From NCBI GenBank assembly GCA_017467625.1, contig JAFUSN010000003.1, positions 193,378-257,377 on the forward strand: a stretch of 64,000 nucleotides of DNA, read 5' to 3'. Both the position numbers and the translations under genes were made by a program. The notes beneath the pieces were generated by a model. That model saw only the letters and a list, made by a program, of their open reading frames with translations. It searched no databases and was not told the origin of the DNA. This document shows positions 47,454-57,106 of this stretch, piece by piece. Positions within the stretch are counted from its first letter, which is position 1, and each line of letters begins with the position of its first letter. Source of the stretch: Clostridia bacterium. Its GTDB lineage: Bacteria > Bacillota > Clostridia > Christensenellales > UBA1242.

Positions 47454-48149
47454 TCAATTGATAGCATAAAAACATTTAATTTCATCTATAGCTTTTTTCT
47501 CTAAACGCGAAATATATGATCTTGAAATTTTAAGTTCGTCAGCAAGCTCAATTTGTGTTCTTGGACGCTCTCCGCAAAGTCCATATCGCTTTACAATAAT
47601 TTCTTGTTCTCTATTTGATAATTTTGTTTTAATTATATGTTCAATTTTTTTGTATATAATTTGGTTTTCAACTTGCAAATCAACACTTTCACTGTCATCA
47701 TTTAAAATTTCACCAATTGACAAATTATTACCATCTTTATCAGTTGAAATGATGTCGTCAAGATATACAGATTGAGCGTTTTTTTTATTTGAACGAAATG
47801 ACATTAAAATTTCATTTTCAATACACCTAGAAGCATACGTTGAAAAGCTATTTCCCTTTTCATAGCTAAATGTTTTTATTGATTTCATAAGTCCAATTGA
47901 CCCAATTGAAATTAAATCTTCTTGATCAATTGAAGAGTTTTTATATTTTTTGGCAATATGTGCAACTAACCTTAGGTTTCGGCGAATTAAAGTTTCCTCT
48001 GCGAGTTTGTCACCTTTTTTCATTTGAATGAAATATTCTTTTTCTTCTGCGGCTGATAATGGTTTTTCAAAAGTATTTTTATTCTCTATTCGGCCAGTTA
48101 AAAGAAAAATTTTGGCTAAAAGTGAAAAAAATTTTGTTAAAAAAAACAT
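47454..48149 (-). CDS. sigK: Sporulation sigma factor, pro-sigma-K type
   Basis: Hydrophobic about 20-aa pro-sequence, then NKNTFEKPLSAAEEKEY..GD....LIRRNLRLVAHIAKKY, which matches B. subtilis SigK better than SigE. Also YASRCIENEILM and SRSYISRLEKKA. The gene is uninterrupted. Confidence 0.75.
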   Translation of the reverse strand: MFFLTKFFSLLAKIFLLTGRIENKNTFEKPLSAAEEKEYFIQMKKGDKLAEETLIRRNLRLVAHIAKKYKNSSIDQEDLISIGSIGLMKSIKTFSYEKGNSFSTYASRCIENEILMSFRSNKKNAQSVYLDDIISTDKDGNNLSIGEILNDDSESVDLQVENQIIYKKIEHIIKTKLSNREQEIIVKRYGLCGERPRTQIELADELKISRSYISRLEKKAIDEIKCFYAIN

Positions 48150-48209
48150 AATGCCTCCACTGTAATGTTATGAAACATTTAGTCGCATTATGTTTAATTT
48201 TAATTATTT

Positions 48210-50111
48210 TTAAATTCTAAATATAATTGGAAGAATCATTGGGTTTCTCATTGTGCGCTTAAAGAAGAAGTTTCGTAGAGGTTTTCTAATTTGATTTCTA
48301 ATTTCATTCCAATCTCTGTTTTCGCGAATATTAAGTGTTTCAATTGTGTCATGCAAAACTTGCTTTGCCTCTTCTCCAAGCGATTCAGCTTCGCCGTTAT
48401 AAACAAATCCACGAGTGATTAAATATGGCTCATTAACAAGTTCACCAGTTGCATCTGAAACACCTAAAACAACAATAACAAGTCCATCTTCGGATAAAAG
48501 CTTTCTATCACGTAAAACAACGCTTCCAACATCTCCAATTCCAAGTCCGTCAACAAGTTGGTCACCTGCTTGAACATTTCCTGCTAAAGCCATTGAATTT
48601 TTTGTTAATTCAATAACATTTCCTGTTTCTGGAATTAAACAATTTGCCCTTGGCATTCCAAGTTTAACGGCTAAATTGATATGTTCTTTTAAGTGGCGAT
48701 ATTCACCATGAATTGGAATGAAAAATTTTGGTTTTAAAAGTGTATGAATTGTTTTTAACTCTTCCTGGCAAGCATGTCCTGATGCATGAACATTTTCAGT
48801 AACAACCACTGCACCCTTTTTGTAAAGATTATTGATAACTTCATTTATACTACTTTCATTTCCAGGTATTGGTGAAGATGAGAAAATTACAGTGTCGTTT
48901 GAGCCAATTTCAACTCGACTAAATTCACCATTTGCAAGTCTTGAAAGGGCACTTCTTGGCTCACCCTGGCTTCCTGTTGAAAGAACTAAAACATTTTTAT
49001 CATCAAGTGAAGCAATTTTTTCAATATCAATAAACACATTTTTATCAAATTTAAATGCACCAATTTTCATTCCTGCATCAATATTATTGATCATGCTTCT
49101 TCCAACAACAGCGACGCGTCGTTTATACTTTATTGCAAGATCAATAATTTGTTCAACACGATAAATATTACTTGAGAATGTTGCAACAAAAATTCTTCTT
49201 TCTGCATTATCAATAAACACGCGCTCCAAATTTTCTCCAACATGTTTTTCAGAAATTGTGTAACCTGGTCTTTCAACATTTGTGCTTTCACCAAGCATAA
49301 GTGTTACACCCTTGCGTCCAATTTCGGCAAATCTTGCCAAATCAATAACTTCGCCATCAATTGGTTCAAAGTCAATTTTAAAGTCACCAGTGTGGAAAAT
49401 TAAGCCTGCTGGAGTGTCAATTGCAAGCGCAAAAGCACCAGGAATTGAGTGATTCACTTTAACAAATTCAACGGTAAAGCAGCCAATTTTAACGCTATAT
49501 CCTGAATTTACGCAAATTCCCTTAACGCCTGTAATTTTGTGTTCACGGAGTTTATTATCAAGTAATGTAAGTGTCATTTTGCTTCCATAAATTGGAGCTT
49601 TGACATCTTTTAAAAGATATGGAAGGCTTCCGATATGGTCTTCATGGCCATGTGTTATAACAATTCCCTTAAGTTTCTGCGCATTTTCTTTAACATAAGT
49701 GAAGTCTGGAATAACAAGGTCAACGCCTGGCATGTCATCACTTGGGAAAGCAAGTCCGCAATCAACAATAATCATGTCGTCGTTGTATTCAATAGCTGTC
49801 ATATTTTTTCCGATTTCACCAAGACCACCAAGGAATATAACTTTAACTTTGCCATTTGATTTATTTTGATGAGTTAACCTCCCAGCGTTCTTTGTTAAAA
49901 GTTGTTCTTGTTCAAGTGTATCGAGATTGAGAGTTGGATTAATTGAATTGATCTTGTTTAAAACATTTTTACGCATATCTTTTGAAATTTGTGTCTTTTG
50001 TTTCTTTATTCCAACATTATAAGTTCCTGAGTTTTGTTCGGTTTCAGTAAAAGTTCTCTTCTTTACTGGCTGTTGTGTTTGTTCTGTATTTTTTGTATTA
50101 TTTTCGTTCAT
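48210..50111 (-). CDS. rnj: Ribonuclease J with an about 75-aa N-terminal extension
   Basis: Metallo-beta-lactamase HGHEDHIG, beta-CASP region, HASGHA, 633 aa. Confidence 0.9.
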   Translation of the reverse strand: MNENNTKNTEQTQQPVKKRTFTETEQNSGTYNVGIKKQKTQISKDMRKNVLNKINSINPTLNLDTLEQEQLLTKNAGRLTHQNKSNGKVKVIFLGGLGEIGKNMTAIEYNDDMIIVDCGLAFPSDDMPGVDLVIPDFTYVKENAQKLKGIVITHGHEDHIGSLPYLLKDVKAPIYGSKMTLTLLDNKLREHKITGVKGICVNSGYSVKIGCFTVEFVKVNHSIPGAFALAIDTPAGLIFHTGDFKIDFEPIDGEVIDLARFAEIGRKGVTLMLGESTNVERPGYTISEKHVGENLERVFIDNAERRIFVATFSSNIYRVEQIIDLAIKYKRRVAVVGRSMINNIDAGMKIGAFKFDKNVFIDIEKIASLDDKNVLVLSTGSQGEPRSALSRLANGEFSRVEIGSNDTVIFSSSPIPGNESSINEVINNLYKKGAVVVTENVHASGHACQEELKTIHTLLKPKFFIPIHGEYRHLKEHINLAVKLGMPRANCLIPETGNVIELTKNSMALAGNVQAGDQLVDGLGIGDVGSVVLRDRKLLSEDGLVIVVLGVSDATGELVNEPYLITRGFVYNGEAESLGEEAKQVLHDTIETLNIRENRDWNEIRNQIRKPLRNFFFKRTMRNPMILPIIFRI

Positions 50112-50136
50112 AAAATTTCCTTTTTAAAATTAAAAT

Positions 50137-51147
50137 TTAATCATTGTTTTTAGGCTTTCTTCCACTGCGCTTAATTGGAGTTGTTGTAATTTTAACTTCC
50201 CTAATTTCTGGAATATTCATTTGCGTGTAGTCTTCTTGCTTTATAACATATTTTACCGGATTGTAGATATAGTTATCATCGAGATAATATCTTTCACCTT
50301 TTGATGTTAAATATGTAACAACATAGAATATTGCAATAAAGAGATATGTTGATGGAATTGTTATTGCGAGGCCTGAGAAGAATGTAAATAATGCAATAAT
50401 TCCATTAACAAAAATTATTGTCAAACGAACTGCAAGGCTCATTGAGAATATCAACCAAAAATGTTTGATAGTTGAAACAAAACTTTTTCCAAATGCAGTG
50501 AATGGATTCATATTTGACGCAATCATATTAGGCGCAATTCCCGTGAAAATAGCTAACTTAAATGAACCAAGAATTAACAAAAGCGCTGATAAAATGATTA
50601 AGCCAAGTAATGATGAGATTACAGTTTTAGCGGTATTTATAAAAACTATTATAAATGCAAATTGTAAGATGGTGAATGGCAGTGTAAAAAGAATGTTTGA
50701 AAGCGCATACTTAATTGATGGAATTAAATTTTGGATTCCGTTTTGGATATATTTAACATTCATGTTCATTGTTATTTTTTGATATGTAATTGATGCCAGG
50801 TTATAAAATGACATTTGAATCAAAATGTTAGGAAGAATAATTCCAAGTAAAATAAGGCCAAGATAACTTCCCCAAAGCGAACCAAAACTTGATGATAAAA
50901 CGCTTCCTAATGTTGACATTGTTTCATTGAAAGTTACAACAACTTCACTTGGGGCTGTGTAAACAGTTTGAAGCAAATTTGAAATTTTATCAAAAATACC
51001 ATTTGAATTTAAAAGATTGATTATTGGAGTTGAAGCTAAATATGTAAATAATCCACATATAATAACAATGATTAATGAATAAAGAAGTTGCTTCCAAACA
51101 AGCGCAAAGTTTGAAACAAAAAGTTTCAATGAATTTTTATAAGACAT
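50137..51147 (-). CDS. Hypothetical polytopic membrane protein
   Basis: 336 aa with about 7 hydrophobic helices. It has its own promoter on the minus strand: TTGATT (51234-51239), 17 nt spacer, TATAAT (51211-51216). Confidence 0.5.
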   Translation of the reverse strand: MSYKNSLKLFVSNFALVWKQLLYSLIIVIICGLFTYLASTPIINLLNSNGIFDKISNLLQTVYTAPSEVVVTFNETMSTLGSVLSSSFGSLWGSYLGLILLGIILPNILIQMSFYNLASITYQKITMNMNVKYIQNGIQNLIPSIKYALSNILFTLPFTILQFAFIIVFINTAKTVISSLLGLIILSALLLILGSFKLAIFTGIAPNMIASNMNPFTAFGKSFVSTIKHFWLIFSMSLAVRLTIIFVNGIIALFTFFSGLAITIPSTYLFIAIFYVVTYLTSKGERYYLDDNYIYNPVKYVIKQEDYTQMNIPEIREVKITTTPIKRSGRKPKNND

Positions 51148-51269
51148 AAAATTCCCACCTTAAAAAATTGCAAATTAAAATATTCTAAAAAAAACTTTAA
51201 TCTTGACATCATTATAATACCTAAAATTGAATAAATCAAGCATTTTGAATAATCATAGAAATTTTATGA

Positions 51270-51299
51270 AAAAAGGAGAAATAATATAATTATTTCCCC
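51270..51299 (-). terminator. Terminator closing the phage-derived operon
   Basis: ggggaaataat-tat-attatttctcc followed by ttttt on the minus strand, 12 nt after the holin-like stop. Confidence 0.7.
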
Positions 51300-51310
51300 T
51301 TAGTTTTTAT

Positions 51311-51832
51311 TTATTCAACATGTTCACTAACAAGTAAGTCAATTTCTTCACGAAGAAGTCTTAAATAATCTTCCTTTTTGTCTTTAAAGTTGTCTTTTTG
51401 TTTTAAGAATAAATTAATAAATTCAACTTTTTGATTTTCAAGTTCAGTTGTTTCCTTATTGTTAGTTAAATTTTCAACATGTAAGTTTTCTTCTTCATTT
51501 GCACTGTCAATGATAACATTTTCAACTGGTTGTTCCACAGTTAAAAGAATTTCTGAATTTTCAGGTTCATTGATTTCATTTTCAAAATCATTTGAGTTTT
51601 GGATGTCATCAGTTTCAGTTACAATTTTTTCTTCTGGTTCTTGTTTTTTATTTGGTGGTGCAATAATTCCAAGTAGAACTAAAATTCCACAAAGTGAAGT
51701 TACAACATCACTGAAAATTCCTTCATCAACATTAAAATTAAATTTTTGACCAAGAACTTTCACAATAAGAAAAATAGCACTTGACAGGCTCACCCAGAAG
51801 TTATAGGTTTTTATTCTGTCTTTAAGTTTCAT
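51311..51832 (-). CDS. Holin-like protein (phiLC3/phi11-type layout) with an acidic C-terminal tail
   Basis: N-terminus KLKDRIKTYNFWVSLSSAIFLIVKVLG...SLCGILVLLGIIAPPNKK has the two-TM layout and motif spacing of PF04531-type holins as I recall them. RBS aggaga. Confidence 0.55.
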   Translation of the reverse strand: MKLKDRIKTYNFWVSLSSAIFLIVKVLGQKFNFNVDEGIFSDVVTSLCGILVLLGIIAPPNKKQEPEEKIVTETDDIQNSNDFENEINEPENSEILLTVEQPVENVIIDSANEEENLHVENLTNNKETTELENQKVEFINLFLKQKDNFKDKKEDYLRLLREEIDLLVSEHVE

Positions 51833-51897
51833 TTTTTCTCCTAAATAAAGTTTTTTCTAATTTATTGAGTATAAATAATTCATAAATATATTGAGAT

Positions 51898-52143
51898 TTA
51901 AAGAGTTTCATTTTTCACCATCACATTATCATCGTAGCACATAGCTAAATAATTATCATTTATTGGTAAAACCGCATTATAGTTAAGCGATTTATCATAT
52001 GTGCATCGCATATTTGTTTTATCAATAGTGTAAATTTTCAATGCTGAATTAAAAATAAATAAATGTGATTTTGTTGTTGAAATTGGTTTAAGAGCAATGT
52101 TTGTTCCTGAAACAATTTTGTATAGCGTATTTTTAAAAATCAT
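51898..52143 (-). CDS. Orphan beta-rich protein, 81 aa (candidate tail-associated)
   Basis: ATGA overlap with the upstream 661-aa ORF. Same strand-turn-strand pattern as its neighbours. Confidence 0.45.
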   Translation of the reverse strand: MIFKNTLYKIVSGTNIALKPISTTKSHLFIFNSALKIYTIDKTNMRCTYDKSLNYNAVLPINDNYLAMCYDDNVMVKNETL

Positions 52144-54125
52144 AAATCAAATTGCAAAGTAAATTTTGCACTTACTCCCTTATTATTCATTCCAAGCGGA
52201 ACGTATTTAACTTGATTAACTAAATAAGAGTCTTCATTACTCGAAATGTTTTCTATTAATGTTTGATCAAGAATAAGATTATACCCTAAAATTGGTTCAG
52301 ATTTATTATTTGTAAAAATTAAAAGAATGTCATTTAAAAATTCAAAATCTACAATTGAACTTTTCTCAATAGAAGTTGGAATTCCTGAAATGAATTGATT
52401 TGGAGTATCATAACCAACAAGATTGTAAATTTTAAAATCATTGTTTTGAGATTTTTGTATTAGATACAATAAATTTGTTGATAAATAATTTTCAGATTCA
52501 TTTTCAAACAAGCTTAATGTGTACCTATACATTTGTGGATAGTAATATAGCCACAACTTTGGACTTGTGCTTTTTTCAACAATAACAGCCCTACCCTTGG
52601 AATATGTTTTAATTGCATCATGGGTGTAATAATATGCAAGAATAGAATATAAGTCAGTTTTTTGTTTATTTTGATCAAATGTAACAATTCTGCAATATGC
52701 AGCTCTCTCGTCTCCCTTTAAAAATATAACTGATGAGTCAGTGAAATTATTTTTAAACATTGAAATAACTGTATCAAATTCATAGTCATTAGATTCAGAA
52801 TTTGAGTTATAAATAAATAACTCATTTTGGCTATCATAATCTAAATATAATACATTCGCAAAATGGTTAGATTTTGTAATAACACCAATCATTAGCATAT
52901 TATTTTTTGTGTATGTTATTTCAACATCAAAAATATTATTAAGCAAAGATTCGGCGTCAAATGCTCCAAAATTTAATTCAATTGGACTTAAAATGCGGTT
53001 TTTTATAAGAAATGCAGATATAAATGGTTGTGTTTTTGAAACAACAAAAACAAAGGAGTCAAATGAAATAATTTTTGTAATATTTGCAATTGATAAATTA
53101 TTTGCATGTAAATCATAGATTGAATAATTCTCATTTTGATAGCCATATATAGTATTATTGCAAATAAAGAAAATTTTGTCGCCATCACGAGATAAAAATC
53201 TTGGTGTGTTTTTATTAAATAAATTGTAGAATGGTAAGTAGACTTTATCTCCAAGTTTATTGGAATATTTTATTTCAGTCCATGATGCTTCAAGTTCAGA
53301 ATTTGATTGTTTGGTTATTGAAACACAATTTTTTATATCTTCTCCCAAATCTATAACATGATTTCGTTTTGGCTCACTGACTGATAAATATGTAACTGGA
53401 GTATGATACTCTGTGCATACAGTTCGCGCAAAAGGTTTTTCGCCAATTGAAAAAACAATTTCATTAGTTTTTCCCTCGCCAAGATCCCCTTGTATTTCTA
53501 TTGAAAAGTTTTCTTCATTAAATATTAATGAGCAAGGAAATTTTTCTGTGGTTGTTTGACATCTTTCAATTTGGTTTTTGCTTGTAATATAACCACGCGA
53601 AATATTAATTGAGTCACTCAATCCTAAGCCGAGTAAAAATTTTAAAAAATCATTATTACCAAGTGTTAAAATTAAATCATTATCAGTTATATTTAAATAA
53701 ATATAAATCGATAAAACTAAACTTTTATTTTCCTCCTTTAAAATCCCATCTGGCGTTTCTTCAGTTATTAGTGAAAAGTAATTTATTAAAGTTAGATCAT
53801 CTTTTGTATTACATAGTCCAATTTCTTTAATATATTTATTATTTAATTCAAAATCATCAATTATTACGGTTTTTTTAATGAAAATATCACTAAATTTTGG
53901 ATTAGTTTGCAGATTTGTTGTTTCAAGCCTATATGCCTTGATTGGTGTTGTTAATTTAAATTCAGTTTGTTTTAAAGAAGGTTCACCAATTCCAATTGCA
54001 ATAAATTCGCCGTATGATTTCTGACTTATTAACCTATCAAATACTGTCTTATAAAATGAGTTAAAATAAGTTGTTTTTTTGCCACAAAATTCAACTTCTA
54101 ACTTGTTATGAAAAGAAAACTTCAT
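52140..54125 (-). CDS. Orphan structural protein, 661 aa (candidate tail, nozzle or fibre)
   Basis: Translationally coupled. Repeated hydrophobic beta-strand pairs such as GDKIFFICNNTIYGY, DSSVIFLKGDERAAYCRIVTF and NDILLIFTNNKSEPILGY. Confidence 0.6.
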   Translation of the reverse strand: MKFSFHNKLEVEFCGKKTTYFNSFYKTVFDRLISQKSYGEFIAIGIGEPSLKQTEFKLTTPIKAYRLETTNLQTNPKFSDIFIKKTVIIDDFELNNKYIKEIGLCNTKDDLTLINYFSLITEETPDGILKEENKSLVLSIYIYLNITDNDLILTLGNNDFLKFLLGLGLSDSINISRGYITSKNQIERCQTTTEKFPCSLIFNEENFSIEIQGDLGEGKTNEIVFSIGEKPFARTVCTEYHTPVTYLSVSEPKRNHVIDLGEDIKNCVSITKQSNSELEASWTEIKYSNKLGDKVYLPFYNLFNKNTPRFLSRDGDKIFFICNNTIYGYQNENYSIYDLHANNLSIANITKIISFDSFVFVVSKTQPFISAFLIKNRILSPIELNFGAFDAESLLNNIFDVEITYTKNNMLMIGVITKSNHFANVLYLDYDSQNELFIYNSNSESNDYEFDTVISMFKNNFTDSSVIFLKGDERAAYCRIVTFDQNKQKTDLYSILAYYYTHDAIKTYSKGRAVIVEKSTSPKLWLYYYPQMYRYTLSLFENESENYLSTNLLYLIQKSQNNDFKIYNLVGYDTPNQFISGIPTSIEKSSIVDFEFLNDILLIFTNNKSEPILGYNLILDQTLIENISSNEDSYLVNQVKYVPLGMNNKGVSAKFTLQFDL

Positions 54126-55135
54126 AAATTCACCTCATAATCACTTATTTCGATTGAACATGACACTGACAAATTTGAATTTAAAATTTCATTTTCATCA
54201 ACTGATTCAACAATATAATTAGAATTAAATTTATCTGTTAAAATCAAGAAAAATTTTTCTTTTAAATCATCATAAAATGAAGAAACATTATTGATTGGAT
54301 TTGTAAAATTAATTTTAGTTGGAAAACTTAGTCCATTTGAAATCATTTCCATGTGATAGCAAATTCCACTCTTTACATAAGAAAGTAAAATTTTTTCACC
54401 ATCACTTGAAGATGATACAGATGTTACTTCTTTTTCTATAAAAATATCATTTGTGTCATTAAATTCTCGATAAAACAAATTTCCACTTGTGTCAACTCTA
54501 AATAAATAAATTTTATTGCCAAGTTTTGCAAAAGAATAATCAGTAGTTGATTGAATTGAGTTAAAATCTTCAGTTGAATATAATGAATTTTCCTTCGGTG
54601 AGTTTAAATAATATAATGTATTTTTATCACACATTGAAATTAAAAAATAATTTTCCAAAACCAATGTTTCATATTTGTGTATTTGATGATTTTCGTCTAA
54701 ACCAAAACAAGTTAATGTTATTCCATTGATGATAAATGATGTATCTTGTTTAGAAGATATTTCAAATTGCAAATTGACCGTATCACTAAATAATGGCAAA
54801 TAATTTTTTGTTAAATTAATTTGTTGTGTGCCAGGATTTACGTTGCGTGTGGTTTTATATATTGGCGTATCATCAATAAAAATTTTTATTGAAATAGTTG
54901 TATTTTCTGTAAAAAATAAATCTACAATTCCATTTAGATAAATATTTTGATTTTTAGTGATATTGATTTTAGCTATTGATGTTTGAAAATTTTTTACAAT
55001 ACTTTGCCCATTGAAGTATTTGCTGAATATTGCTGGAAAAATTATATTATTTTGAACTAAATTCTTGTTTGCAACTTGTGATTTATTATCTAAATTTTCA
55101 GTAAGCTGAAGGATAGTTTTTATTGGATTAATCAT
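54122..55135 (-). CDS. Orphan structural protein, 337 aa
   Basis: An N-terminal beta-sandwich-like segment (IYLNGIV..KIF..LQFEIS..INGITL) is followed by blade-like repeats such as GNKIYLFRVDTSGNLFY. Confidence 0.6.
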   Translation of the reverse strand: MINPIKTILQLTENLDNKSQVANKNLVQNNIIFPAIFSKYFNGQSIVKNFQTSIAKINITKNQNIYLNGIVDLFFTENTTISIKIFIDDTPIYKTTRNVNPGTQQINLTKNYLPLFSDTVNLQFEISSKQDTSFIINGITLTCFGLDENHQIHKYETLVLENYFLISMCDKNTLYYLNSPKENSLYSTEDFNSIQSTTDYSFAKLGNKIYLFRVDTSGNLFYREFNDTNDIFIEKEVTSVSSSSDGEKILLSYVKSGICYHMEMISNGLSFPTKINFTNPINNVSSFYDDLKEKFFLILTDKFNSNYIVESVDENEILNSNLSVSCSIEISDYEVNL

Positions 55136-56511
55136 TTTTCACCAATCGTTTTAATATTGAATTCAAGAGATTCTATTTTAAAATAATCTTCCCCTTCAAA
55201 TTGAAATTGAAAATAATTACCAACTACACCTAATCCATTCATATTTATTATTCCAGAAATAGAATTATATTCATATTCAGCGATATTTGTAAAAATTTTA
55301 AGTTTATATGATCCAGTTCCATTAATATAAATCGATGTAAGCGTTTTATATTTGCATTCATCAAAATAAAGTTTTGCAAACTTAATAAATTTATATTCGG
55401 ATGTCATAATATTTTTATTTAAAGCTAAAATTTCATTTTTATTATCAGTATCATTAGTTAATAAAACTAATAGATAATAGTTTATTGTTTTAATTAAATA
55501 AATTGATTTTAAATTTTTTATATAATGGATAGTTGTATTATTATTTTGAATATCTAGTTCAATTAGCATTGTTTTATATTCCAACTCGGAAAAATATTCG
55601 CAACAAATATAGTAATGATTATTAAAAACTAAACTTGATAATTTTTCTATTTTTAATTTTTCAAAAACTTCAGAAAACAACTCTTTTATATTATTACCAT
55701 CAAATATAAATATTCCACCACTTGTAACAAAAATGATATTATCATCAATAATTTCAATTGAATTTGCAATAATTTGCGAATTTATTTTAAATAGTGAATT
55801 TAAATACGTTTCATTTGAATTATATTGAAGTTTTGAAATTGCATATTGTTGAACAACATACAAATTGTTCATATGAGTAATTATTTTTAATATCTTACCA
55901 TGTGCAGAGTTTAGCGGAATTGAATTAATTAAATCAAAATTTGTATCAATATTTTCTAATTCACTTTCTATATAAAACAAGTTAGAATTTGAGTTGTTTA
56001 CAGTAAAATATAAATTGTTTTTAAAAAATTCAACACAACCAATCATTGGCATATTTGGGAGGATAATTAAAGGTTCATTTTTTTCTATTAAAACAAATAA
56101 CGAATCATTATCATAGCAATAAAATTTTTCATTGTTGAGAAAAAATTTAGGATTTGTATTAAATTTTATTTCTGTTGATACAAATTTATATGTAGTTAAA
56201 TTTAGTTCAAATAAAGTAAAGGTTTCACTCACACCAAAAATTCTTTTTTGAGTTTCACCAGCTATGTCTAAATATTCGTAAAATTGTATGTTTATAAATT
56301 TTGAAAGCTCAGAAGCATTTTCCGTTATAAAGTTTTCATATTCATTAGCTGGTATAATAAATTTAAATAAATTTGAATATCCAATTGTTGGTTGAATATT
56401 TCCTAAAGATGTACTTATGTTGTTTAAGTCTGAAATTAAAAGCAAATCTTTTTGTAGTAATTGTAGAGTGTGTTTAGTATTAAAATTATTAAAAGTATAA
56501 TTTTTATTCAT
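55132..56511 (-). CDS. Orphan structural protein, 459 aa
   Basis: Blade-like repeats (NNLYFTVNNSNSNLFY, DDNIIFVTSGGIFIFDG). The C-terminal segment IYINGTG..KIF..FQFEGE..IESLEF resembles the N-terminus of the next protein. Confidence 0.6.
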   Translation of the reverse strand: MNKNYTFNNFNTKHTLQLLQKDLLLISDLNNISTSLGNIQPTIGYSNLFKFIIPANEYENFITENASELSKFINIQFYEYLDIAGETQKRIFGVSETFTLFELNLTTYKFVSTEIKFNTNPKFFLNNEKFYCYDNDSLFVLIEKNEPLIILPNMPMIGCVEFFKNNLYFTVNNSNSNLFYIESELENIDTNFDLINSIPLNSAHGKILKIITHMNNLYVVQQYAISKLQYNSNETYLNSLFKINSQIIANSIEIIDDNIIFVTSGGIFIFDGNNIKELFSEVFEKLKIEKLSSLVFNNHYYICCEYFSELEYKTMLIELDIQNNNTTIHYIKNLKSIYLIKTINYYLLVLLTNDTDNKNEILALNKNIMTSEYKFIKFAKLYFDECKYKTLTSIYINGTGSYKLKIFTNIAEYEYNSISGIINMNGLGVVGNYFQFQFEGEDYFKIESLEFNIKTIGEK

Positions 56512-57095
56512 CTTATAAATGTTGACTTTAAAAGTCTTTCCTTTTTGGTTTTATATTTAAAAATTTCATATAAAAATTTATTTTTCCAAAACTCACTTGC
56601 TTCAAATTCGTTTTTTGATGCAAAAAACTCACTTACAACGCCATAAGCAATAATTTTTTTGCTGATGTTTTTAGGTAGTAGCATATCATCACTGATATCT
56701 TTTATTACTTTTGGAATATATTTATATGTAACCAAATATTCCCTATATGGTGCTTCAACAATAATATAGTTTGGCGTTAGATCAAAATTTACTTTTTTAT
56801 TTAGTGGGTTTTTTACATCAAGAATTTTAATTGCTCTATTTACTAATGTATAATATGGAATTTGAGAATCAATGTTTGATGTTATCAATTCAGTTGTAAT
56901 AAAATCAAAATAATGCTCTGCAGTTGCTTCCATTGTAAAATTATAAAAACTAATTAGTCTCAATAAATCATTTCTAATTTGGGTATCTTCAATATCAATA
57001 AGATGATTGTAATTTTCGACAGCATCAAGTAAATCGCTTCGATTTAATATTAAAATGCATCTTTTTAAAAAGTTTTTAAACATAGTATTATCCAA
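56508..57095 (-). CDS. Candidate head-to-tail adaptor (about 190 aa)
   Basis: The call rests on size and on position two genes after the capsid gene, as for T7 gp11-type adaptors. The start is uncertain: TTG at 57095 or ATG at 57083. Confidence 0.4.
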   Translation of the reverse strand: MDNTMFKNFLKRCILILNRSDLLDAVENYNHLIDIEDTQIRNDLLRLISFYNFTMEATAEHYFDFITTELITSNIDSQIPYYTLVNRAIKILDVKNPLNKKVNFDLTPNYIIVEAPYREYLVTYKYIPKVIKDISDDMLLPKNISKKIIAYGVVSEFFASKNEFEASEFWKNKFLYEIFKYKTKKERLLKSTFIR

Positions 57096-57106
57096 GATAA
57101 ATAAAA

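Noticed and set aside
47454-48149. sigK interrupted by a skin-like element.
   Set aside because: The ORF is full length, from the pro-sequence through region 4.2. The phage-derived operon is separate and lies 3 kb away.
51203-51218. A perfect TTGACA and TATAAT pair on the plus strand.
   Set aside because: The spacer is only 4 nt, so this is not a functional promoter. The TATAAT-complement region instead fits a minus-strand promoter (TTGATT, 17 nt, TATAAT) for the 50137-51147 gene.
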